From: Octopus bimaculoides | Taxonomy: Eukaryota | Direction of reading: 5' to 3' | Assembly (NCBI RefSeq): GCF_001194135.2 | Contig: NC_068986.1 | Span: forward strand, 31,191,456 to 31,255,455 | Length of the DNA stretch: 64,000 nucleotides | Part shown: one piece after another, positions 1-13,200 of the stretch | Layout: every line of letters starts with the position of its first letter | Position numbering within the stretch: the stretch's first letter is position 1 | Notes under the pieces: generated by a model | What the model was told of the DNA's origin: nothing | The model's input: the letters and a program-made list of their open reading frames with translations, nothing else | The model's database searches: none | Translations under genes and position numbers: made by a program

Positions 1-334
1 CTATGGGGGAAAGCTTGACTGAAAGAAGTAATATTTTTTAAATGAGAATCAAATTTTGAACCTAAATTGGAATTTAGTTACCCCGTCCCCCCATGAAATC
101 TGACATTTAAAATTGATAAAAATTGATAAACGATTTTTACACTTTTAAAAGATTTAGATTCAGTTGTGAATTGATCAATTGAAAATTTTCACCTGAGAAA
201 AGTTTATAGAATAAAATAGAATGCATTTTCTCGAGGAAATTAACAGCCTGATACTAAAGAACTAGCTATAATTTGATTTAAAAAAATTTCAGTAAATTTT
301 TTTTATATATATAATTTAAAATAAATATTTTCAG

Positions 335-472
335 TGAAAATGAGATGGTACCAGAGGTTTCTGAACAAATCCAACAACCTACAAGACTTGTCTACCAGTG
401 GGTTGATATTACAGATGAATTTTCCCAAGCATGTTCTGAGCTACATCTTGGCGAATTACTTAGAGATTCTTC
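335..472 (+). CDS. NAA35: NAA35 coding exon (first in window)
   Basis: ttttcag|t GAA AAT GAG ATG...: [45 protein letters not shown]|gtgagt. The in-frame ATG at 345 could be the start if the upstream exon is non-coding. Confidence 0.9.
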
Positions 473-1336
473 GTGAGTATATTTATATATATATTTGTGA
501 GCATGTGTGTTTGTGTGTGATTGTGTGAGATGGTTATGTAGTTAAAAACTTTGCTTCCCAAATATGTGATTTCAGGTTCAGTCCTACTGTGCAACACTTT
601 CGGAAAATGCTTTTTATTTTAGCTCTGAGCAGACCTCTAAGACTTGGGAGTGGACATGGTTGATGGAAACAGAAAGAAGCCTGTCATAAATATATGTTTA
701 GTGGAATTTTGTTTGTCTTCACATTCTGAGTTCAAATTCTGCCATGGACAACTTTGCCTCTCATCCTTTTGGAGGTCAATAAAATGAGTAACAGTTGAGC
801 ACTGGGGTTGATGTAATCGACTTACCCCTTTCCCTGAAATTGCTGGCCTTGTGGCCAAAAACTTGGAATCATCATTATTGTTATATTAAGAGAGCAAGAT
901 TGCAGAATCATTATTATGCTTGACGAAATACTGAGAGACATTTCTTCTGGTTTTGTGTTCTGAGTTCAAATTCTGCCAACGTTGACTTTGCCATTCATCT
1001 TTTCAGGGTCAGCGAAATCAGTACCAGTCAAGTACTGGGGTCCATTTAATTGACTTAGCATCTCACAAAATTTTAGGCCTTGTACCTATCTTAGAAAGGA
1101 TTGATATTTTTATTATTATTATTATGGTACTGAGCTGGCAGAGTTGTCAGCACACTAGACAAAATGCTTAGCAGTATTTCATCTCTATTTACATTTTGGG
1201 TTCAAATTCTGCCGAGGTTTATTTTGGCCTTTGTACTTTAGGGGCCGATAAAATAAACACCAGTTGAACTCTGGGATCGATGTGATTGGCTTACACTTTC
1301 CTTTATAATTACTGGCTTTGTGCCAAAATTTGAAAC

Positions 1337-1374
<38 letters not shown>

Positions 1375-4300
1375 GAAGCTTTTCTTTTTTTACAGATTTA
1401 CCCTCTTTGAAGCAATGTCAGCAATTGAAATGATGGACCCCAAAATGGATGCTGGTATGCTTTGTAATCAAACCAAGAGAAAAGTGTTAAATTTTGAGCA
1501 ATCTATAAAGGTAAATGATTCACTAATGATTTTTGCTCAGTTGAATAATTGCTTAGGGTTAGAGCAATGGATGCTCTCCCCATTGTTCCTTGTTGTGGAG
1601 TTGGAATGAATTCTATTCTTAGGAAGAGCAGGCAGGTTAATTCAAATAGAGTTATGTTTCTTGGTCATAAAACACAACGACCAAGATTTGTGCTTGGATT
1701 TCTGAGTTCAACCCTTCAGCATTTAAACTGGACATTCCTAACCAAATATTCTACTTGTCTTATTTTCAAACTGACCAGATCCTGCCTCTTACACCTAGGC
1801 TACAATATCATTCTAAAAATAAGCAATCACGTCATTGAAATCTTGAAGTTACAAGACGATGCATGATTAATTCAAAACAATGTAATAAATAAGCTGTTTA
1901 AATGATTGAGTAAGCTGAATGCTAAAGGGCTTAAAGTACTTTGATCCGAGGTATAGTGCAGTGGAAGTGATGGGATATGAAACTTTGACTTTGTGGTCAG
2001 TGGTCAACTACCTAGTGACTTAACTCTGCCTCAGAATTTATTGCTAATAGTTAATAGTCAAAGTTATGAGAACATTCCAAAACGTAAAAAAAAAAAGATA
2101 ATGAAAAACTTAAGGTCAGTAAAATGCCGTAAGCAGAGTTTGAACTGATAACCTTTGAATTAGTATTGTAATCATGTATCGGGAATTTATTCGCTATAAT
2201 CATCATCCTTTTGATAACCAATTTACCTGAGACCGTTCCTGGTTCTATGATACAAATCTTACTGTTATAAGGTGTTCATATTTCAATTCAAATAATGTAT
2301 TATAATTCTATGTAAGAATTTTTTTATCAGTTATATTCTAAACATCAATTTAATATTGAAGTTGATTATTTCAATAAATTCTTCTAAATTCTTGAGCATT
2401 TTCAAAATTAATCAAAATTCTTTTAGATATATGGCCATGAAAGAATAAAAATATGAAGAATATTTCTTATGAGTTTAATAAAAAAGCTATGTAAAAATAG
2501 CAGCTTAAAGAACAGCATTATGCAACACTAATGCTGATATCCTGCACTAGGAATAATAGTATTATGTAACAATATCACCACCAATGTTAAGAAATAACAG
2601 TATAAAAAAATTACATATATAATTCATAAAATAGAAGTTATAACTACTGATTGCATTTTTTCTTCTTATTTTTCAGGCTAGTACTGTGTCAATAAAAGAT
2701 CTCAAGTTTCCAAAATTAATTGGTATCATGGATGCTACTTTGGCCTGTCTAGTAAGTATTTTAGTGACATTATTTTCAATGATCTATACATAAGTTTGTG
2801 AACAATGTTTGGTAAATAGGTATGTAGTGTGAGTGTGGCATTCGAGGAATGTTGCAACCAATCTGTTTTGGAATGTCAGAAGATGCAGATGGTGATTGCA
2901 TACACACACACACACGAGAGCGTTGCCAGTGCCGTCGAACTGGCTCCTGTGCAGGTGGCATATAAAATACACCATTTTGAGCATGGCTGTTGCCAGTACC
3001 ACATGACTGGCCTTCGTGCCGGTGGCATGTAAAAGCACTCACTACTGTCTCGGAGTGGTTGGTATTAGGAAGGGCATCCAACTGTAGAAACTCTGCCAGA
3101 TCGGATTGGAGCCTGGTGTAGCCATCTGGTTTCACCGGTCCTCAGTCAAATCGTTCAACCCATGCTAACATGGAAAGCGGACGTTAAACGACGATGATGA
3201 TGATATATATATATATATATATGTATTTTGCTTAGGTATAGTGATGCTAAGAACCTGGTGTTAAAACTCAATATAGTTATGCTTCAGAGAAAGCATTTGT
3301 CAGGTACAGAGTGTAATAAATTATATAAATGACAAGCGAACAAGAAGTTATGTAATGGACTTTAATAGCTTACAGTTGTTTCTGCTATAAGATGCAATGC
3401 ATTCATAACTGAGTGCTTTTGCATCACCTTACAACTTTGTGCAACGTACATGTTTCACTGTGTGTGTGTGATATATATATATATTTTTTTCTATACCCTT
3501 GTCTTGACATCATGTGATAATTGTAAACGAGCATCATCATTATATGATACTGTTCATTTCCAGTCTTCTGTGGATTGTATATCTGGCTGTGGGAAATATT
3601 ACTCAGTGTGGTAAATAAGCTCTTCCTGTGGCCAACACTCACTTGTTTCCAACTACCATGTGATGTCAAGGTGTGGACGGACGGACACACACACACTCTC
3701 TCTCTCTCTCTGGGTTTCTTTCAGTTTCCATGTACCAAATTAACTCACAGGGTTTGATCAACCTGGGGCTATAATAGAAGGCACTTGCCCCAAGGTGTCA
3801 TACAGTGATACTAACCTCAAAACCATAAAACCATGTGATTGGAAAACAAACTTTTTAACTACACAGTTGTGTGTGTGTGCAAGACAAGATCCTTCTCAAC
3901 TTTGGGGTGTAGTACTGAGGGAGGTGGCTTTATGCTCGGTGATGAGTACATGTTAACAATGATTAGTTAACTTCTGCTATTGTTTCATCTCTTTTTAGGT
4001 TACATGGTTAGAGGGACATTCTCTTGCTCAGACAGTATTTACTAACCTTTATCTGCACAACCCCTACATTATTGAGGACAGATATTTGAAAGCATTCTGT
4101 ATTTGTATTCTGAAAACTGTTGATATAATTCGCGACAGAGTCAACAGAGCTGGGGCATTTGAAGAGGTAAGAATTTAAGATTGTAATTTTTTTCAAATTA
4201 TAAACTTCATCTTCAGAGATTAAGCATTTTTTAATGATTTACATGTGAAAATGTATTCCATTTTTAGAAATGAGTCTAATGATCTAAAAATTATAATCAT

Positions 4301-7253
4301 GTTAACTCAGTTATCCAAACAGACCCATTCGTTGGAGGATTGTTGCCTTAGTGTAACATATCTATTTTTTTAAATACTTCATAGCTTATTAATTCTATAA
4401 AGGTCTTGATTTATTTACACTGTATCTAATGAACTGCTTTGAACTGCTTTTATTCACTTATTCAATTAATTCTACTTATTTTAATTAAAAAGAAAGCTAT
4501 TGCAATAATTAATTTTGATATTTGTTTGACATACATATCAAACCATTTTCTTACAATATCAATTAGCGATACCTTTTATATAAAAGTAATTAAGTATTAG
4601 AAATTGCATAATGGGTGATGTTAAGGTGCTAGACTATAGATAAAATGAATAATTACGTAGACTTATTATCTTATTTAATCAACTTACCTCCTTCTGAGAA
4701 TGCCAAGCATAATAGCAGAAGGTTATTTATTAAAATGTAAACAAGGTGTAGGCATAGCCATGTGGTTATGGAGTACACTTCACAATAACACAGTCTGAGT
4801 TTGATCCTAGTCAATGGTTGTTTACCCTTGTATCAACCAGTACTTTGTGAGTGGAACTTAGTGGGCTGAAACTATGCAGAAGCCTGACACGTGTTTGTAT
4901 GTTTATATATATTTGTATAAATTGGTGTATTGAGTTGCCTTCGTCTATGTCAAAAACGGGATCTAATGTTTCGATAAATACTGTTTAAATATCGGATTGA
5001 AATAAATGTTTGGATCAATGTCGAAGGCAGTGTTCCAGCATGATTTGGGAACCCAGTGACGAAAACCAGTGCTGTATAGTACTCCTTTACTTACTTTACT
5101 GGCACTCCGTCGATTACGACAATGAGTGTTCCAGCTGACCCGATCAACGGAACAACTTGCTTATGAAATTAACTTGCAAGTGGCTGAGTACTGCACAGAC
5201 ATTTGTACCCTTCACAGTTCTTTGGGAGATTCAGCATGGCACACAATGTGACAAAGCTGGCCCTTTGAATTACAGGTACAACTTAATTTTTACCAGCTGA
5301 GTAAACTGGAGCAGCGTGAAATAAAATGTTTTTCTCAAGGACACAACGTGCCAGCTGGAAACGAACTCACGACCTTACAATCGTGAGCCGAATACCCTCC
5401 TCACTTAGCTCTGTGTATTCCATATTGCTCTCTGAATAAGGTACATAACTCTACTTTCTCTTACATAAGAAGAGTTCACTCCCTGTTCACTATTATTTAC
5501 TATTAACAGTACTAAATGAATTTTGATTTTATATAGTAAACATTTCTTTAAATATTTTTAGAATGCCTGGTAGTATAATCTCAGTATTTTGTCCATTTAA
5601 AATCACAGGAAGATTTTCAACTTGTTACATATGGATTTAAAATGGCTGCTGAAACTTCAGACGTTCGGGCAATTGGTATGATGAAAGAAGTAGAAGAAGA
5701 GGTCAATAGAATCATTAAGGTAATTTCTTTGTTGCTTTCCATTTGCTTGTTGAAATAGACAAATTTGCTTCAGTGTTCTCCCATTTAAGATCGATGAAAT
5801 AAAGACTAGTAAAATTCCAGGGATCAATTCGTTCAGCTTCTTTTATTTAAAAAAAAGTGTTTAGTCCTCAGATAAAAAAATACAAGTACATCACCAATTT
5901 TCCAGCAACTGATGGCACCTTTTACACATGAATTTTCTAAAACCTACAAAACTTTGTTCCCTCTGTGGTCACAGGTGGCAGTATGTCACTTACAGTCATC
6001 TGAGTATACAATGGGTAACCACATGTCTCCTTCCGGTTAAACCGATAGAGGCCCTGACTCCCGCAACCCCAAAGAAGAAAAAGAAGAAATGAGAGACAGC
6101 CGGCGGAGGTTGCTGTGCCGCCGACAGATCCTGACGCTCCACCGGTTCGTCTAAACTGAAGGATTCTTCAATGGATAACTGATTCAAATGCTTACTGCAA
6201 TCTAGATTACATTAAAGTGACCACACAAATCAGACAGCATATTCTTTTTTGTGATGTTATTAGATGAGAAAATATCACCACAAAATAATGCTTAATAATT
6301 AATGACATTCTTTGATGTTTTACAGAACACCCGTAGTAAACCAGGCACTCAACGAGATTCTGACACACAAACAGAGGTTAGTGACTTAATTTATCTTTCA
6401 TCTTTTACTTGTTTCAGTCAGTCTGTCTTGAAGAATTTTTAGTCAAGTGAATCAACCCCAGTTCTTTTTTTTTTTAAGCTTGGTACTTATTCTATCAGTC
6501 TCTTTTGCCAAACTGCTAAGTTACTGGGACATAAACACACCATCACTGATTGTTAAGCAGTGGTGGGGGACAGACACAAAGACATACACACATAGATGAT
6601 GTGGAGGCACATGGCTTAGTGGTTAGGGTGTTGGCTACATGATTGTAAGATTGTTGTTTCAATTCTTGGACTGGGTGACACACTCTGTTCTTGAGCAAAA
6701 CACTTCATTTCACGTTGCTCCAGTCCAGTCAGCTGGCAAAAATGAGTAATCCTGAGTGTTGAAGAGTATCGTCAGTTATATTTTATTTCACACTATCTCA
6801 GAACTTGTTATTTCTTTTCTTCCAGCATTGTTTGTCCGTTGCTGTTTATAATAGACTTAAATTTTACCGGATGTTCTTGACTGTATTGATATCATTTAGC
6901 AAGGAAAAAGTGAGTAGATTTTACTGTTTTTTACTCTCTCTCTGTATATATATATCTATGTGTTTCTTGTTGTAGTTTAATTTTAAAGTTAGTGTTTAAT
7001 CCTGCCTATATTTGATTGAATACTGTTGTAGACAGTTTAAATGTGTTTGAAAGTTGTGTGTTTTTTTTTTTTTTTTGGTATGTTTGTTCCTAAACAGCAC
7101 TTCTTTTAATGCTGTTGACACTGCCGGATTGAATGGTATTGCTCAGGTGTCGAAACCATAATGATATCTGTGTAGCAGCTGATGATGGGGGTATGTTGAA
7201 TTGTTGGTATGGCTGTTTGTGTATATGTGGAAGAGTGTTATAACATGTCCTTT

Positions 7254-7298
<45 letters not shown>

Positions 7299-10200
7299 CA
7301 CACACACAAGTGTTAAAAACACACACTGTAAAATATTAAGTTAGGTTAAAATTTGTATGAATTCCTAATTATTTGGTTTGGTTTTCTTCCATCTATTCAT
7401 TGCTTTTTTACTCCTTTTCAGATTAATTTAGATCTGTAAACATTTTCGAGTCAATTTCTTGATATTTTTCTTTAATTTCTTAATTGATTTCTTCTCTTAA
7501 ACCCTGTAAAGTGTGAAGGTATTTCTCAAGCCCAGCGTTTACTGACGCAGTTGATAGAACTGGTACCACAGATGAAAAAAGAACTGCCGCTTGGTATTCA
7601 AGCAGAGGAAGGTGGAGTTACAAAGACTGGTATGTATTTTTTTTGTAGTTGTTAGTCTGAAGAAAGGGACATGCCCATAGATTTGTGATAACTTTCCCCC
7701 TCACCATCCATCGATTGATTGTTGGGAAGGGTTCATTGGTAAGGAAAGATAGGTGGGGAAATCGTAGGAGTAGTCCTGAAAGAGTGAAGGGTGTTGAAAT
7801 AGTGGAGGAATAGTGATGAGAGAAAAAGGTAGAGGGTGGAGTAACAGTGGGTGTATGTAGGTACTGCTTCCCACCCTCAGCTTCCCATTGTACATTTACA
7901 TGAATTGTTGGAGCAGTATAATATTTATACCCTAAGTTTGAAATCACAACTCCCATTTACCAGTAATCTAATTGAATCAAACATATTTATGTACCATGCA
8001 GTTTACCTGTAATTGTTTATTGAGTTTCTATATTGTATTTATAAAGTAATTAGTGCAAATGAATTCACTTTTGTAGACTATCCAACTATTATGGGCTTTG
8101 AACCTCTTGTGAATCAGCGACTGCTTCCACCTACATTCCCAAGGTACACGATGATAAAAAGCCGTGAGGAAGCTCTTGATTATATGGAGAACCAGTTACT
8201 TTGTCGTTTGCAGACTGTCACTCTCATTACAGAGATAACCTCATTACATAACATGTTGGTAAGTCAGAATTCCACATTAACTTTGAAAGCTTCAGAATAA
8301 TTTAAAATTTACTTGGCTTCTTCATTTGTTAGTTATTACACCTGAAAATTTAGGAGTAAACGAGCTAAAAACTCTTTGTAGTAACAAATGCCAAACTGAA
8401 TGTACTTCATTCATCTGTAATCTATCTCCAGAGAAAGAAACAACAAACATTTGAAAGACCATTTCAACATGTAAAGACAGTTCATAAGGGTCAGTTGTCC
8501 AATACATGGTCATATGTTTTTTTTTTGTCCTTCAAAGTTCTTGACCTCTCACCCACACTTTTATGCTTGCAAAGGATATTTCCTATTCTTGATACAAAAA
8601 GTTTACAACTGGATACAACTTATTTAAGATGGTGAACTGGCAGAATCATTAAATGCTGGACAAAATGCTTAGTAGTGTTTCATCCATCATTATGTTCTGA
8701 ATTCAAATGTCATCGAGATCGACTTAGCCTTTCATCCTTTCGGAGTCGATAAAATAAGCACCAGTTGAGCATTGGGGTTAATGTAATTGATTTACCCACT
8801 ACTCTGAAATTACTGGCCTTGTGTCGAAAATCGAAACCAGTACTGTTTTCCTTTAAAACCTTGTCACAAAACTATCGTCAGTTCAATCAAATTTGTACTT
8901 GTACTTATTTTATTGGTCTTAAAAATAGAAAAGGCAGTGTTGACCCTCAGCAGGATATGAACTTGGAATGTAAAAGAAATGTAACTAAAAATTGCATGCA
9001 CTCCACCATTCTTAACGTTAACCCAGGTGCGGACTGCGCCGTCAGTCAATCGGGCACGGCCCGAGGGCCTAGAGCTCCGAGGAGCACGCACTCTACATGT
9101 TAGCTCTACTAAAACACACATTCAAAGGGGCCTGGTCAACAGTTATGCCCGAGGTTCCTTAATACTCTCTGTCCGCTCCTGCGTTAACCCTTCAATTCGG
9201 CAAAGCAAATTGAGTAATGTCCCTTGCATACAGATTTCACTTAAACTTCTACGGCAAAGATTGATCTGATTATTTTGTAGTCAAAAGTTCAGTATCCTGA
9301 CTATTTCAACATTACAGTCACCACTGAATACATTTTCTGTCTCTATTATACAGTAAATTTTGTAATTAAATTTATGAATATTTACTTTTCTATTGCAGGA
9401 AATATTTACTGAATTCAGCAAAACCTGTCCATGTGTTCTTTCTAGATCTTTACTGCAGGTATGTATGGGTTGTGAATCAACTTTTATTTTAAATGTTAGT
9501 GATATTATTATCATTATCATCTTCAAATGTTGTTGTTTAGCTTCAGATCAGTCATGGCCATCCCATTATTTTGTATTAAACTCGGCTTGCAAAGACCTGT
9601 TGGAGCAAGCGAATGCAAAATCGTGATGGCACCTGTACCAGTGGAGGACTAAGAGCACCGTCCGAGCATGATCGTTGCCAGAGCACCAGCTGTCTGGCTT
9701 CCGTGCTGGTGGCACGTAAATAGCACCATTTGAGCGTGATCATTACCAACGTCGCCTTCCTGGCACGTGAAAAGACATTCGAGTGAGATCGTTGCCAGTA
9801 CCGCTGGACTGGCTCCTGTGCAGGTGGCATGTAAAATACACCATTTCGCGCGTGGCCGTTGGATGGCTTCACAGGGCCTGGCAAGGCCAGGGGCCTTGTC
9901 TGTTTTGGATGCTCTTCCTAATGCCAACCACTTTACAGAATGTACTGGGTGCTTTTTACATGGCACCATCACCAGTGCTTTTTATGTGGCACCAGCATAC
10001 ACACCAATGCTTTTTATATGGCACCTTGGTTTCAGGATCCCATTTCTGTTGTGGTTGGTGGGTCTTCTTAGGTACAGCTATGCACCACATATCTTGATCT
10101 ATCTCATTCCTCTGTCATAATCTTCATAAAGCTCAGCAGTTTGAGATTGGCCTTCAATACTTCGTCCCATGTCTTCCTGAGTCTCCCTCTTCCACAACTT

Positions 10201-13200
10201 CCCTCCACTTTGTGATCCACACTTCTTTATGCAACTGTCCTCATCCATCTGCATCACATGACTAAACCACTGCAGTCTCCTCTCTTGCACACTGCATATA
10301 ATTCCTCCTATGCCCAACTTCTCTCTCAATACACCAGTGCTTTGTTGCACATACTGACATTGCACATCTCATAAAGCATACCAGCTTCATTCCAGTACAC
10401 TCAAACTTACTATGTCTTGGAATCACAAAAAGAAATCTTTCTTCTGTCTCCCTCTTTTAGTTGCTGTTCTTGCCATTCAACAAGAAACTGTTTGGTATTT
10501 ACTCAATTGTTGACACTTTGAAAGAAAGCATAAGGAACTTCATCGCTCCTGTAGCGCTGTTTCCAAAGTAAGTCACATCATTTTTTTTCTTGTAGATTTC
10601 CATAATATCTGAAATTTAAATTGGAAACCTTAAATTTCAAATATTTACTTTATTTCAAATATTTTTTCATATAGTTACTTTCTTTTGGTTTATTATCACT
10701 ACTAAATTTAAAATGGCCACTTAAAATACACCACACTTGTTTTTTTTTTAGTTTGTATTTACTGAGGTGGTGAAGCATGACCTTTGAACATTAGGCCTCA
10801 CCGAGGCAATGACTAGTGACCGAGACCTTTGGAAATATACTGTGCGTTAGAAGACCTGGCAAGCCAAGTGAGGCCATAACCCGTGGCCTTTGCCAGAGGT
10901 GTAGCCAGCCCATTTATGTGTACCTTTCCTTCATTGAACACTAAACTCTGCTTGCGAAGACCTGTTGGGGCAAGTGAAATCAAAATCGTAATTGAACCAA
11001 ATTCGATGACTAACAGCACCATCTGAGCGTGATCATTGCTAGAGCAGCTGTCTGGCTTCCGTGCCGGTGGCACATAAATAGCACCATTTGAGTGTGATCG
11101 TTACCAGTGTTGCCTTCCTGGCACTTGTGCTGGTGGCATGTAAAAAAACATTCGAGCGAAGTTGTTGCCAGTGCCTCTGGACTGGCTCCTGTGCAGGTGG
11201 CACGTAAAAAACACCATTTGTGCATGGCTGTTGCCAGTACCACCTGACTGGCCCTCATGCTGGTGGCATGTAAAAGCTCCCACTACACTCTCAGAGTGGT
11301 TGGCATTAGGAAAGGCATCCAGCTGTAGAAACCCTGCCAGATCAGATTGGAGCCTGGTGCAGCCATCTGGTTTGCCAGTCCTCAGTCAAATCATCCAACC
11401 CATGCTAGTTGAACATTGTGGGTAGTCACTGGGGTGTTTTTTTATGGTGCAAACAGAATCTTTGATTGATTGTCAACCTTTCTTGTCACAGACCAATTCA
11501 TGATGACTGTAATAACATGGTTCACAATTGAGTGTACTGTGTTATCTTGAATCATTGAATCAGTGATAAATGGTTCACTAATAAATGAGGCTGTATGTAC
11601 TATTCTGTAAACACTAGTTTACATTTGAATAAGATTATGAGCACTTACTTACTGGTTTGTTATTTATTCTTCAGATCCTCACTGTATAACAATCCCCAGG
11701 CAAAGGAGTATGTTGATGCATTTCTCACTAAAGCAGTGCGTCCAGTCTGTACAATATTCCAAATAACTGGACACAACAGGGCTCGGCAACGAGAAAAGTG
11801 GACTCATATTTTAGAAGAACTTGCTGCACTTCAAGAAGAGGTTCGTTAATCTTTAATTACTTTATTTATAGACTGTGGTATCTTTTTTCTTTTACAGATT
11901 TACATTAACTTCTTTTTTTTGTGCTTGCATGGCTGAGATAGCATTGAAACTAGTAGATGCTGGTTTTATTGCCTTTAGTTTAAAAAATAAAGGTTTTTAG
12001 TTTGAATGCAGTCTGGTGGTATAACATACCTGATAACAATTAGAGATAGGTTCATCAAAACATTAAAAAAAAAACCGGCTTCGTCTTTGAAGATGGAAGT
12101 TAATTGTCTGAAAAATAATTCTAATTTTTTTAGCATTTAAATCGACCATATCAAGCCCATATATTCAGCATATTCTTTCAAACTGGCCAGATTCAGTCTC
12201 TCATGCCTACCATATCATTCTAAAAATATACAATCACCTCAGTGTAATTTCGAAGTTATGAGATAATGCATGATTAACCGAAACCAATTTGAATAAATAA
12301 GCATTATGTCTGACAGAGTAATCTGAATGCTAAAAGGTTAAAAGAAATAGGATGTGTAGCATTTATTGAGTTATGTACCTTACGTAGGAACAGGCTACAG
12401 CAAATGGTTATAGTAAGCTTTTGAACTGATGATCATTGGACAGTTTACATTGTCATCTGTTTGAATAGTGCAGTAAGCAATTTTATTCCTGTACCTTTAT
12501 GCAAGTTCTATTTTTACAGTTAAAAACAACTATTTTATGATACCATTGTTCTTATGTGAGAAGATTCAATGTTGATATTACAGCTAACCCAATGTACTTG
12601 TCAGTCACAAGTTCAGTGATACTGAGATATTTACTGTCTCTGTCCTTAACTGTTTTGTTTCCAGGTAAATAGAGCAGGGGTTATTAAGTGCATAGTACTA
12701 GTGATGGTAAATTCTATTACATTGCTATGACTCTTTCTATATTGATGCCACCACACAGTACACAGATATAGCCACTATCACACTAGTACAACCAGCACCA
12801 CATTCACATTATTCTAACTACACCACTGGAATTGTTGTTAAATTAGTGGAACAGTATTCAGCGTATCTCTAGTGATGGGGTTGAACTCCTGGCTGAAGGC
12901 CATGAGTTTGTATCCTATCACCAGAGATACAATGGTGCTCTGATGTTTTGGATATCTTCTGTAAAATAATTAATGCTGGCGATTTTGAGTCTTTGACAGC
13001 AGACACATTACCTGACTGAAACCTAACTCAACTAAATAAGATGTGGGAAAAACAAGTAAAAGCAACTTAACGTTTTTCCAGGGTAATGGCTACTTTTTAG
13101 AGATCTCTTCATTCATCCACAACTTCTGGTATCCTCCATACTTGAACCTTGCTAGAGCTGCTGTGTTATTTTGAAGTTCAATGAAGCTATCTTGTATGTC

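Noticed and set aside
11025-11281. CRISPR-like look of repeat-plus-variable-spacer units
   Set aside because: Eukaryotic intron, no cas genes, variable parts only 7-10 nt and shared among dispersed copies; it is a LINE 3' UTR.
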